A DNA stretch of 63,995 nt, counting the filler, from Porpidia crustulata (taxonomy: Eukaryota), in assembly GCA_964255105.1 (NCBI GenBank). It is 7 parts of 7 records of this genome, joined end to end, with 100 filler letters (N's around TTAATTAATTAA, not from the genome) between each part and the next. Parts side by side here need not be neighbours in the genome. Positions count along the whole stretch, not along the records: positions 1 to 9,117 come from CAXUWE010000994.1; positions 9,218 to 18,334 come from CAXUWE010000995.1; 5 more parts are not named here. One strand, written 5' to 3'. Numbering within the stretch: the stretch's first letter is position 1; the number at the start of each line of letters is the position of its first letter. The position numbers and the translations under genes were made by a program. Shown piece by piece: positions 1-12,300 of the stretch. The notes under the pieces were generated by a model, which saw nothing but the letters and a program-made list of their open reading frames with translations, made no database searches and was not told where the DNA came from.

Positions 1-53
1 TGCTCCCTCATTGCTCCCCCGTGCTCCCTCGCTGCTCTCTCGTGCTCCCTCTC
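1..53. repeat. Degenerate ~10-12 bp tandem repeat (TGCTCCCTC core)
   Basis: tgctccctca t/tgctccccc g/tgctccctc gc/tgctctctc g/tgctccctctc. Confidence 0.75.
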
Positions 54-383
54 AGCCACCTCCTATTTTCTTGCCGTTCGCACCGACTGTCAAGTTCTTG
101 CAAGTTTAAACGAGACTGTTAATTCAGCTCGAATTGGATGCTGATCAAAAGGCTCCATATATGGCTTCATCGGCCGTCCAACATGGGATCTTCTCCTCTT
201 ACCCTCTTGCCCTTTGCTCTCGTTTTCACTTACTTGCGGTAACTTGTCAGTATACCAATTGTTCTATTATCCGCGTTCTCATCGCATATTTACTCTACAT
301 ATAGCTCATACTGTCTCCCCTCGCTCTATACGTTTCAGTTCTTATTGTGATTTGAGTTATCTCTTGCTTTCACCTCGTTTCCA

Positions 384-3300
384 ATGACGAAAAAGAAGAG
401 GCCTGCTGCGCAGTTCTTCGATGATGCGGAAACGCATGGCTTAGAGCCCTTGATGAAGACCGATTTGAATAGTGACAAGGTCTCCAAGCACCTCGAGTCT
501 GGTACCGAAATCAATTATAATCGGATGTTGGTCCTTTGGGATGAGTGAGTCTTCACGTCTTTCTATACTACTACAAAACGTCGCAAAATCCTTACTGACT
601 GTGTCTCGTCTCGGTGAAACAGGTACGATAGAAGAAACCCTGGTGCCAGTCCTTATGATATTAAAACGGCAAAGCACTTCATAGAAGGTGTTGTGCGCGG
701 CTGCAGTGCCAGTAAGAAGGAGCCGTCGATGTACACCATGCTTCAAAAATGGACAGACTTCGGCGCTGGTTGGAAGCGTCGGCCTGGTAATGACAAGATC
801 CCTCCTGAAGTATCCGAATCCATCTACTTTGTTCGTTTTCCCACCCATCCTTGCTCTTCCTTGATTCGTTAAGTTTAATGATCTCCCTAGTACATACAAA
901 CGGAGCTTCGGAAGAAATTCGGACTTTCAACTACTCGACGAACCCGACATTTCATGACCGTGAACCACTTCGTCATTGTCATCAAACACATGTGGAAGAA
1001 GGATTGGCATCAATATAGACATGGACGGATCCTGGTTCAGGATCACGCTGCCTACATGCTTTTCATATATTCGTTGGCGCGAGTGGGCGAGTATTTCGAA
1101 TCCAATATGCGCAGAGGCTCTGGCCGTGGATTGCTGTACGAGGTAAGTCGATGGATCATATAGGACACTATCGATCAAGAACGCGCTTAGAACTTGTACT
1201 TACTCTTTGATCAGACTATTGACTTTGTCGTCTTCAAGAATGAAAAAGGAAAAGCGGAGATTGGTGTGCGAATCACACGGGATGCCAAAGGCTTTTCAGA
1301 AACGCCACACAAAAGGTTGCTTCACTGTTTAACGCTTCGGGAACATGATCACGAGCAATCTTTGCTGACTGTTCCGATGCGATATTAGGCCACAGCATGG
1401 CATGTATGAGGACATGGAGCCGCTATTTGCGAACCCGGTACTGCCTTTGCTGGCAATCGCCCTAGCGGACCGTGCCTTTCAGGACTATACGACTTTTGAA
1501 GAGATCGAAGCAATTCCCCCGCCCGCGGATGGCTCCTTGCATCACCTTCGAATCAAGAAGGACATGCTCCGCGTACCTTTCTTTCAGATAGTATCTGCGG
1601 ATGGACCAACGGGAAAGATTCAAGGAGCAGGCTCCTTTAGCAATCGGACAGTAGACCTAGGTCATCGTGCCGGGTACGAGGAAAACATCGGAATACATGA
1701 CATTCGAAGGGAAGCTCTCGTCAAAGCCGATGGTAAGCTCTTAAAACGGAACATTTCTGATCAGACACGCTGACTCCGTCAAGATAACGGGTACTCGATC
1801 TCCGAAAGGATGAAATTCGCAGGTCACAACAACTCGGATACCTTCTTCGGCTCATACGCGCCTGAGCTGAGTACCGTTAATGGTATGGCAAGTTACTGGA
1901 ATAAAAAACGTCGCACTATCTATCTTGAAGGTTTTCGCGAACTATCACTCCATCATCATCCCCAGCTGCTGCAATCGCTTCCCGCGAAAGTAGAAGCTGA
2001 TCTCGATAATTGTTCCGATTTCATATCTATTAACAAGGAGATCGAAGTGCTGGGAGAGAAACTCCGGGGTATCACAGCAGAAGATGAAGCCTAGCCTGCT
2101 CGAGCTCGACGAGAGGAATTGTATTGGTGGAAGCGTCAGATCGTGTCCGAGGAGCTCAGCAAATGGCAGCAGATCCAACCGCGCAAAATCGTTCTAGACA
2201 CCGAGGATGAAGCACCTCAGGTCGCGAGTCTTCCAAGCCACTTTAACCGCATTCGCCGTTTGGATCCACCACGTGATCGGCTGGAATCTTCGCTCTTCCT
2301 CAACGCTTCTCTCCGCAGTGCGCAAGGCCGTAGCGCACTTCAGGATATGATCACGCTGTGCGAAGAAAATCCGCGGGTAGCTTATCGACCAAGTTGGCGG
2401 CCTGAAAACGGTCGTTGCCCTGTACCCCAATGTGCGCGGGAGATGGATCGGTTCGTTTACTTTCCTTTTCCAATTTCCCAATTCCTCAATTGTTGCTGAC
2501 TGGCTGACAAAATGTGCTTCGGCTTTACAGCATCAATATCGCTGATAGGTGGGAACATATTTACCGTTGTCACAAGGGCGACCTTGAAAGGAAATAGGGC
2601 TTTGCCGAGCTTTGTTTTCAGTGCGACGAATGGTTCACCAGTGGGGCCGGATGGTTTGAGCACTGTCAACGCCATCTCACCGACCCCGAGACGCTCCCGG
2701 TTCAATGCAATCTCCTTGTCTTCCGCCGGACCCTCGCTACTGCTGGGCAATGTCTCTTCTGTCTTTTCGACTTAACGCTCTCACCAACAAAACGTTTCCA
2801 TCAGTTCTTCATCAAGCAGAGCTGGAAGAAGCATCTGCAAGAACATTTCTGGCAATTAGAAAACATATACAACCGATTCGTGGAAGCAGGTGAAAGCAAG
2901 GCAGTTTCATGTCCGGATCCGCGCTGCACACTTTCTTTCGACTCGATTCAAGATCTTCAGTATCACTGTCAAGATGTACACTGCGTTGAGCGGATCAAGC
3001 TCGATCCGATTAAAAGACGTCGCGGGACACATCAGTCTTCTTTGAATGTAAAGGCTTTCCCCGGGACGAGCGTTAAGCTAGAGCATCATTGTGACCTCCT
3101 AAACGAGGAAAGTCCCTACAAGCATCTCAGTAATATAGTGGACTCGCCAATTCTCGAGGTCGTTAACGTTATCGTTTCTCCAATATCAGTGGGACTGAAA
3201 GAGAAAAATAGCCCTAGTCAAAGTTACTCTCTTCCTTCGGTTAACTCAATAGCAAATCAGAAGAAGCGAAGTCCGTCCGCAGCGTCTTTCACGAGCTCTA

Positions 3301-3452
3301 AAAACCCGCTTTCGATAAGCGATTGGACCTCGGACGAGACCGCACTCGATAACCCGACACCAGCATCGTCGGTCTACTCCGACCCTCCTCTATCAATCGA
3401 TCCAAGACTGCTCCACGAGTCCGGCTCGCAGCCTATCATTCTTCCGGCATAG
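384..3452 (+). pseudogene. Starship captain-type tyrosine recombinase (DUF3435) with C-terminal Cys/His zinc-finger-like region; multi-exon; two in-frame TAG stops (2092-2094, 2595-2597)
   Basis: Manual splicing from ATG 384 (introns about 545-622, 831-890, 1143-1214, 1316-1389, 1733-1783, 2451-2530) gives the YR catalytic set in order: ARVGEYFES, RDAKG, HDIRR, KFAGH, FFGSY. These are followed by LQSLPAK, CPVPQC, ELCFQCDEW..HCQRH and CPDPRC..HCQDVH, as in DUF3435 captains. Confidence 0.88.
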
Positions 3453-4033
3453 CACATGACGCGTTCGCAGTCAAAGAGCTAGCAGTACGACCTTATCACA
3501 GTCCTTTGAGTAGCTTAAGGCCAAGAGCTGCTTCACTGACCTTTATAGAGCGGAATGAGAGTTTGTTGTATGTAACTTAAGTTCTGATCAGACAGGATTA
3601 GACAAACAAATCGAAAACATTATACTTGTAAAATACTCTCAAGTCTCACGTCTGCATATATGGGACGTATAGAAGTCTATTCAACCCACAGGCAAGCGGC
3701 TGGGCTCTAAAACTGTATTCTTAGGATAGGTCTACATTGCTTACAGCCAATTCGTGGTAATAGTAAAGCTTTGGCATAGATTGAAATAATCCTCCAATCA
3801 ACGCAGTGTGTCTAGATGTTCACCTCTCTTCCTTCGATGTGAAGCTCCAGTTTTGGCTACCCGGGAGAGAGAGCCAGAATTGGAGCCCCATGAAGAGTCA
3901 AAAGCTTCTGGCGTCCGATCCGGCTTCTGTTCATACCCAGATTCTTCAGTCTATGAGACTAAGTTCACTGGAACGATAGTCGGTAATTCCTTTGGGGCTT
4001 CTGATTAATTCACACTGCAAATAGTTCAAAGAA

Positions 4034-4781
4034 ATGACCTCTCGTCGATCTAACAATGTAAAGCGAACGGAGTGGAACAAGATATGCAGAGAGAAGCTAT
4101 CAGCGCATATATGTGAGAACCGTCATCTTCTATGATCAGACGTTGCTGACCCGAGCTAAGATAGAAGACTCGGGATCGCGATAGAAACGTCGCAGGTGCG
4201 GCTCAAAACCAACGCGGATGATCCTTACACATGGGAAAAGATGGACGAAAAAGAGCACCTGTTCTCAAAGAACCTAAGTGATCTTTCGATTGGCCAGCTC
4301 AAGGATTTGTGTGATGGTTTCGACAAATCGTCTATAGCCATCTGGAAGATCCCGTTTCAATCGGAACTTCCGGTACAGGATGGGGAAGAGTCTGTACGCG
4401 CTGCTCATCTTGATCAATTCGACGTTTAACTGACTGTCTAATAAGTTTTTGGAATTTCCCAAGCCGGAAGTCAGCTTTGTTGCAAAAATAAACAAGCTAC
4501 AACAAGACAACATTAAGTTAACTCGCGAAATTAGCAAATGGAAACATGGCGTCGTCCTAGAATCGGAAAGGAGACGAACAGCTGAACAGGAGACAAGTCA
4601 ACTGAAATCCACCATTCAGCAGCTGCAGATTGACAATGGAAAACTCGAAAAGCACATAACGGAGTGGAAACTAATAGCCGAAGAATCCAAGAGCAATGCA
4701 GACAGATATTGCAGAGAAATGAATAAGATTTTCATGGCTCTGGAGGAGGTAAAATCGGTGCTACCTTGCACCCTGCACTGA
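4034..4781 (+). CDS. Hypothetical spliced coiled-coil protein (putative Starship cargo)
   Basis: ATG 4034 MTSRRSNNVKRTEWNKICREKLSAHI, intron, RLGIAIETSQVRLKTNADDPYTWEK, probable second intron, then heptad-rich ORF 4449-4781. Confidence 0.6.
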
Positions 4782-5309
4782 AGAGTACCTCAGATAGTCA
4801 GTCATACACCCGTTTTTCAGCGGGCAATGTGAGCCAAGGAGGTAGCATAGATGCGGTAGATACTGTTGTAGCCATTTGGCAGAGCCTGCGTCTGACGTCA
4901 AAAGTTTGCATTCTACGCATACAATTTCCCCCTGATTTTCCAGAAAATCACATTTGCGTATCAGTCTGGGGATAGCCTGACAATATTCTAAATTACGGAT
5001 ACATCGTCAGCGAATATACGCGGATTAGATTATCCATTACAGCAATCTCCAAAAATAGATACTGGCAGCTTCACTCTTGGCTTCGATGATTACGATGATG
5101 ATGTTGTTGGTGAGGAAAACTCATGTGTTGAAACCGAAGCTAACATTCCACAATCCAAATCAGGTCAGTTTGCCATCCATGTCCTCCAATTGGTGGCTTC
5201 ACTATTTGGTCAGCCGGATTTTTTCCACCCTCACCAAAATCACACCCTTTTCCCTCATCCCTCAGCTCCACGTAGACCTTCCACCTTACGTTACTTTCGT
5301 CGCTTCGTC

Positions 5310-7196
5310 ATGGCTAAGCAGCGTTCTCCAGATGGGAGACTGGTCTATCTCCACTGCGCATCAATCTTCAGCGGGATAAACGCGCACGTTCGAAAAGTCA
5401 AGAAAATCTCCCAGCTTCTGGAGAAGCATAAGGCATCCATCAAAATCCTCACAAAGGAATTTACCTTGTCAGCCGTTGCTGCAGTTGCGAAAGAGTTGCT
5501 AGAAGAGCAGATTTTCGAATCCTTACCCCAGGCAAAGTTCCGTTACCCAGAGTTGTTCCAGCCGTCAGAGACGCGAGAGGCCGAAAGAGCGGCCTCGGAG
5601 GCAGAAGTCATTAGGATCGAGGCTGAGGCAGCACAAGACATAGTTCTGACTTCCGATGACGAGGGAGGAGATGAGTACCTAGACTTTGAGCAAGGCGAAC
5701 AGCGGGCTGAGCCCGAAGGAACATTAGAAGACAAAGCCGAGGCTATGGAGAATGTTCAAATCAGCGCTGTTAAACTGTGGCAAGTATAAACGCTCGAGAC
5801 AGGACAATTACGAAGCTAATCTTCTTGATAGTCAACAATCGATCTCCCAAGCACGCCACGCGCTCCCTATTCCCAGGCTTCACCCTGTTTATTTGCCATT
5901 CAAAACGCAACATAGAATTCTAGTCTTAGTTCAGTTTTTGCTTGAGAAATGCTGTCTGGAGTTCGGCAACACTTGGGTCCCAGATTTGATGAAGGCGCGG
6001 AAATGGCACGAAGCAGAGTCCATTGAACTCACTGAATTGACTAAGAGATTTTCGAAATACGCTAAGTCTTTACCGCCATCAGCCATTAAACCGATTCCCG
6101 GCAAAAGCATCGCTGAGGTTCTCTTTGGAACAAGTACCCTTCGTCACTCAGCTGTTCATCGTCTTTCAACTAGCGCGGCTGAGATTTTGAATATGCTTAG
6201 TTCAGCAATCACCTTTGCAGAAGCTCTTAATGACTCCAAACGAGCGGACAAGATAGCGGAAATCAAAACGAAGCTAGAAGCTAGCATAGAGGAAATTGTG
6301 CAGCATCAAAATCTGCTCGAATGCAAGCTCACAGATCAATTTGAAGATATTGCGCGTCGGAGAGCTGAACTTGACGAGTTAGAAAGATCTTCCATCGAAG
6401 AGATGCTGGAAACGGACGAGAAGCAACGCACTGAAGTTGGCTCTGCCTTTGAAAGCTTCCTTGTTGATTTCCAGCAGATCTTCAATCCTTGCGCTTGCAG
6501 TCATACACCGAGCTTTGACGGAGTGAAGGCGGACTCTAAGGCAGAAGAGAATATCGAGTGTAGCTGGATAGATACGTTTCTATATGCCCTTTTTTTTCAT
6601 TTCAAGTCCCGTCCGTTCCTATATCTACTTCTAACACTCCCTCTAGAACACGAACTGAAGCCAATACTCCAAACGACTTAGATGATCCATATGAATCAAC
6701 CCCAGAAGACGACGTCGCTCCAATACACAGTACCCCAGCTGAGGATGTTGAGTTCCTTGTACCGCCTCCAAGGCCTGCTCTTTGTACCGTGCGCGATAAA
6801 TCTGATTTTCATTTACCTCATCCGTCGGCGCCATCATCCACGGTAACTTTCATCCTTGAGGCTGCAGCCCCAGAGGCGCCAACGAAGGATAGTCACACCA
6901 TCACGCTCAAAATTCTGAACGGCAGCAAGGTTCTCAGATCTATTGTCTTAATCAGAGCTTGTACACGGACGGCAATCTTAAAAGAAGCAAAAGCATATTG
7001 CGTGAAATGTGCGCAAGGTGATCAAAGTTTTCGGAGGCTGCTGTTAAGGGGGTGGAATTTGACCTTGTTGCCATTAAAAATGTACGGGTATGACATGGAC
7101 TTGTCGATCTACAAGATTGAGAATTTGTCCTCTCTAATTCAGACTGTTGAGAAAACGGATATTCCGAGATTTACACTTCGAATCTCTGAGATTTAA
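5310..7196 (+). CDS. Uncharacterised protein with HEPN-like Rx4H motif (LRHSAVHR) and coiled coil; 3' exon structure uncertain, possibly damaged
   Basis: ORFs 5190-5789 and 5752-6681 join in frame through a GC-AG intron (5780-5831). RHSAVH at 6142-6159. A branch point and acceptor (ctaac..ctag, 6646) precede a last exon running into ORF 6789-7196. Confidence 0.6.
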
Positions 7197-7741
7197 AAAG
7201 CATTGAGGTAGAGGTGTTCTCCTAATCCTTGGATTTTGAGAACAAGTCTTTACATTTAGGATGAAGATTAAGTTTTTAATCTTATAATGTATATCAATAT
7301 GACGGGCGCAAATATATGCAAAACAAAGATAAAATAACGGTTTAAAACAAGTTGTCTTTACGTTAATTTCCTCCTTAACAGGGTTTAATGAAAATTCTTA
7401 TTATTTTTATCGTGAACTTTACATATAGTAAAACGCGATAAAGAGTAAGATTCTAAGAAAAGCTGACTATGACTTCAGTTAAAAATACAAACGATGAATT
7501 ATATTATCAGGTAAAATGTATATTCATATCTTTCTTCCTTCGCAGTCCGAGCATCCTCTTGATCTTTCAAGCTTCATGTTTATTCGTCATCTTCTTATAT
7601 ACGAATTTTCTCACGCTGTGACCTCGCCTTGAAGCTCCCATCTAGGAGCAGATATGGAACGAACGGGCCGTACCAATTTCCTATTCGAAAGGACTTGAAT
7701 CGTCCATCGCCAAGCTAGCCATCCTTTGGCCCCCCATCCAC

Positions 7742-7998
7742 CTTCAGCTCCGCTGCTCCACTCTTGGCTTACCCGATCCACTTCTGGCTCCCCTAATCCA
7801 ATAATGGCTAACACAATACACATCTGGATCCCCAAAAAAAATAATAAATAACCNNNNNNNNNNCCTTCGGTCTCCGCCTCTGCACTCTTGGCTCCCCCGA
7901 GCCAGCTCCGGCTCCGCTACTCCACTCTTGACTCCCCCAGTCCACTTCTGGCTCCGCTGCTTCACTCTTGGCTCTCCCGATCCCCTCCTGGCTCGCCA
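7742..7998. repeat. Degenerate ~36-bp GCTCC-rich tandem repeat spanning a 10-N gap
   Basis: Repeated gctccgctgctccactcttggctcccccgatccacttctg-like units on both sides of N 7854-7863. Confidence 0.7.
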
Positions 7999-8485
7999 AT
8001 CCGCTCTCTCTATTCGAGAATTGCGATGGGAATCTCCCGAACAATTCTAACTAGGCCTTTACTCGTCTTCGCTGACTTAAGATGATGGATTTGTTACTGA
8101 AGAACTTTTATTCTCGATGTTGATGGATGAGAATGGTCTAACGTCCATCCCTGCGTCGCGGAAAGCCCACTGTACCGGAAAATGAGAGGGGTACTTCAAC
8201 TTTAAGCGACTATGACCCTGCGCATACGTCGGGATCTACTACAATCATGTGTCAGTCGTATGCTGTGGCTACTTATAAATGTTCGAGACTCCTCCTACCT
8301 GAAAATTACGTTCGTATAGTCGCCCTTGCGCCTGATTCGCAGAGAGCTTCCTTCTGTAGCGTAATAATATCCCATCTCTATAGCACTACCGTTAAGCTCT
8401 TACCACTCAATAATACTCATGAACAATCTTATCTGAGCTCCAAAGACTTACTACGATGCTAGGAAGTCATCATCAGCCTTATATG

Positions 8486-9117
8486 TGTCATGATGCGCAA
8501 ATTCATGCAGGGTCGCTACCCTAGTTGGTACTTCAAATGAAAGCAGTTACCAACTCCGGCTAGTGTAAAACAGCCCCGTATGGCTCACGTAATCAATACA
8601 GTGTAATTTATTTGTGTCATCCGGTAAGCGGACCCTCGGAATATGAAGAACTACCCCAGTTCCATTAATCTCACCTCGCCCGGAAAAGTTCCAGGAACGC
8701 CGATGCGCGCACAGTAGTAATTAGTACTGCGCACCCATCACCCCTCCCAAGCATTCCTAGACCTCCTAAGACAGTCAGAATCAGTTTAAAATTGAAGCTA
8801 AACACGTTCAGGGACTACTCAGCTATGCCCCCGCCGCGCAATCGTCCCCCCCTGTCAGGTCCACCCAATTCTATGAGGATTTGGCCGAAAAGGTGGTCAC
8901 CAAAGCCAGTGAACCGAGCCAAAAGCCTGCTGCCGCCAAAAAGGGGGCACAAGCTCCAGCCAGAGCTGCCGTTGCTTCCGAACTACTCGGTGGTCAGGCT
9001 CAGACTCCTCAGCCAGAGGTGCGACCGTCGCCAACGCCCCCCCCGCAAGAGCTCCCTCAGACCCGACAAAACGATTGGGTACAGCTACTACCAATAGCAC
9101 AGTTGGCTTTCAATAGC
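8486..9117 (+). mobile_element. Internally deleted Ty3/Gypsy LTR retrotransposon (putative LTR from TGTCA 8486, Pro/Ala-rich gag-like start, integrase fragment), truncated at contig end
   Basis: 9064-9117 encodes RQNDWVQLLPIAQLAFNS, a typical fungal Gypsy integrase segment (QxDWxxxLPxAxFAxN). Confidence 0.6.
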
Positions 9118-9217
9118 NNNNNNNNNNNNNNNNNNNNNNNNNNNNNNNNNNNNNNNNNNNNTTAATTAATTAANNNNNNNNNNNNNNNNNNNNNNNNNNN
9201 NNNNNNNNNNNNNNNNN
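9118..9217. other. Artificial contig spacer N44-TTAATTAATTAA-N44
   Basis: Identical 100-nt structure occurs six times and has stop codons in all six frames. Confidence 0.98.
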
Positions 9218-9318
9218 GGAAACCAGCTGGGCGTCGAATTATAATCAAAGAAAAGATCGTAGCATCATCGTATCATATCAACCACCGACCATCAACCCAA
9301 ATCCCAACTCCCTCCCAC

Positions 9319-12300
9319 CTAAATCGACACGAAAAAACTCCTCTCCCCCTCCTCCGCCTCCACCCGACACCTCTCCACAATCTCATCGGCGCAGCTAATC
9401 CGAATCCTCTCCACCGTCGCCGGGCTCCGCAAACTCAGCACCTCCTCGACCCCGCACCCCTTCCTCGCCGCCTTCAACGCATCCCGGATGGCGAAGAAGA
9501 CGGCACTGCCCATGAACAGCGGCGGCTCGCCGACGCCGCGCGAGCGCTGGATCGTGCGCAGGTGCTCCCACTCGACGTCCTTGAGCAGGCTGACGTGAAA
9601 GCTCTGCGGGATGTCGCGGAAGCCGGGGATCTTATAGGTACCGGGGCCCTTGGTGAAGAGCTGGCCCGAGGCGCGGTGCCAGAGGCTCTCCTCTGTGGTG
9701 AAGAGGCCCTGGCCCTGGACGAAGGCGCCTTCGATCTGGCCGTAGTCGATGGACGGGTTGATGGAGCGGCCGACGTCCATTTTGATGTCGGCGCGCAGGC
9801 AGGTCCAGTCGCCGGTGAGGGTGTCGATTTCGACTTCGGCGGCGGTGACGCCTTGGGTGAAGTAGTAGAACATCTGGCCCGTGTTGGGGCCCCAGACGTA
9901 GCCGATGTCGGGTGTTTTGTAGAAGCCGTTGGCGGAAAGGTTGACGCGGTCAAAGTAGGCGGCTTCGGCGAGTTGTTTCATGGTGGCTTTAGTGCCAAAT
10001 TTCTCTCGATAAGGGGCGAGGCGAGTGTTTAATTGTTCGCAGGCATTATAGATGGCGTAGCCGTTCAAGTCGCTGGAGGCGGAGGCGGCGGTGGAAGAGG
10101 TGTTGGGAACGGTATTGGTCGCTGTTTCGGTGATGTGGACATCGGCGAGTGGGACGGAAAGAGCCTGAGCAGCGATCATGGTCATCTTTGTGTGGAGGCC
10201 TTGACCCATCTCGCAGCCGCCATGGGCGACTAAGACGGAGCCATCGTGGTAGATGTGGACGAGAGCGCCGGCTTGGTTGAGGAAGATTGCGGTGAAGGAT
10301 ATGCCAAATTTGGTGGGGATTATGGCGAGGCCGCGTTTATTCCACTTGTGTTTGGCATTGAAGTCTTCGACAGACTTCCTGCGCTCGGCGTAGTCGCTTT
10401 CAGAGATGACTTGCTTATACATGAGAGGGACATGCCAGTCTTTGAGCTCCTGGTTGAAATGTGTGATTTCGTTGGGTTTATACAAGTTAATTTCACGAAG
10501 CTTTTCGATAGGCATACCCAAATGATCCGCAACTTCTGACATGTACGTTTCCCCAATGAACATCCCTTGTGGCCCGCCAAATCCACGAAAAGCGGTATTG
10601 GAGACGGTATTCGTCTTTGCGATTCGCCCACGAACATGAATATTCGGTATGAGATAACAACCGTCGATGTGGGACAATGCTCTGTCAACGACGGCGCCAC
10701 TCAAGTCTTGGCTCCATCCACCGTTACAAAAGACATCTGCGTCGAGTGCCTGGAGCTTTCCATCCTTGTTGACGGCCACTTTCCACCTTGCCAGGAATGG
10801 ATGTCTTTGGCCAGATGTTACAATGTCCTCATCACGGTTTAGCATACACCGGACAGGCCGTTTAGTCTTCTTTGCGGCAACAGCACATATTGCTGAAAGC
10901 TGAATGGATCGAGTTTCTTTCCCCCCAAACCCTCCGCCAAGACGCTTCACTTTAGATACAATTTTGTTGGCTTGCACGCCGGTAACATTGGCAACATAGG
11001 ACTGCCTAGGCGGATATCAGTAATAGTCAAGTTACCTCTAGAGGCTAGACTCACGTCTCAGTGGGATTCTGTGTGCTACTCCAGACTTCAATCTCTCCAT
11101 CCTCTGGTTTCGGTATTACTACGCATGCATTGGTCTCGAGATAGAAATGCTCCTGCCCACCCATCCGGACTACACCGCTAAAAACGTGATCGGCTGTTCT
11201 GAAAGCACCCTCAGGGTCTCCTTTGTTGATGTAGCGGTAGTGCGGGAAATAGCTCTCTTGAGCGACGGCTTCTTCTATAGTGAATATCGCAGGCAATTCC
11301 TGGTATCTCACCATCACAGCCCGAGCACCAGCTTCAGCATGTGCGGCAGAATCTGCGAGAATCATCCCTATCGGTTGGCCATGACTGAATACCTCATCTA
11401 TTGCGAAGAAAGTTTCATCACAATTTGGAGCACCCCACCAATTGGCCTCTGGGTTAGGTAGATCATGACGATCAACCCAATCAATGACACCTGGCAGATT
11501 CATGGCTGGGAAGACATTGACGTCTAGAATTTTGGCATGAGCTTTACTTGACAGGACCATGACACCGTAGAGCTCATTTTTCTGTGCAGGAATATCGTCG
11601 GTATATTGTGCCTCGCCAGTGCATTGCTTCAGCGCTGCTAGATGTGGATTGGCCTGACCAACAACGCGCTGCTGGTATACTTGCGTGGCGTCATGGTCTT
11701 TCTTTCCTGTGGATATTGCACGTTCGATCTCCCCTTGTACATCTTCATCTACTTCTAAGCCTTCCGCGCGCAATTCCGAGAGAACCTCGTGATAGTACCT
11801 GTAGAAGAACCCCAAAGCAAGCGATTTCCGGTAGGTAGCCATACCACCAGGTACGCCAAAACGTAGGTCAAAGTCTTGGCCTAGAGCATTCATGGTACCT
11901 TCCAATGTCCTGGGGTCAGTCCACTTTTTGCCCTTCAGATACTTCATGGCCTCTTTCGCCATAGTGGTAGTTGCAGCCATTCCACCATATACCAGACTGA
12001 CACTTTCAACCTTATGTCCTTCATCCAAAGAGACACGCAATGCCGCATTAACGATAGCTATATCGTCATCTTTCCGCTTGGCTTGCTTGTAAGCACGCAA
12101 ATATTCTCCTTTCTCCCGAGCCACTGGGATTCGCAAGCTAGCAATAACGGCATCAGGTGGTAATGCAGTCGTTCTGTAGCCTTTGAAGAATTCGGTCATT
12201 GGTATTTCCGTTTCCTTTTCTAGCGACTTTGCTACGAGGAGAGTGTTTGTTACGACGAAAACTGGATTTAGATCTGATATAGGGGACGCAGTGGCAAGAT

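Larger units (their letters stand above)
1..8000 (+). mobile_element. Probable Starship element fragment (captain plus co-oriented cargo); boundaries not resolved
   Basis: Captain-type YR is the first gene, followed by two uncharacterised co-oriented genes. No housekeeping gene lies on the contig. Confidence 0.6.

Noticed and set aside
9474..10903. Overlapping alternative-frame and antisense ORFs in hxA (similar ones in dynactin, MCD4 and the GPI protein)
   Set aside because: Shadow ORFs caused by GC-rich codon bias; no independent motifs.
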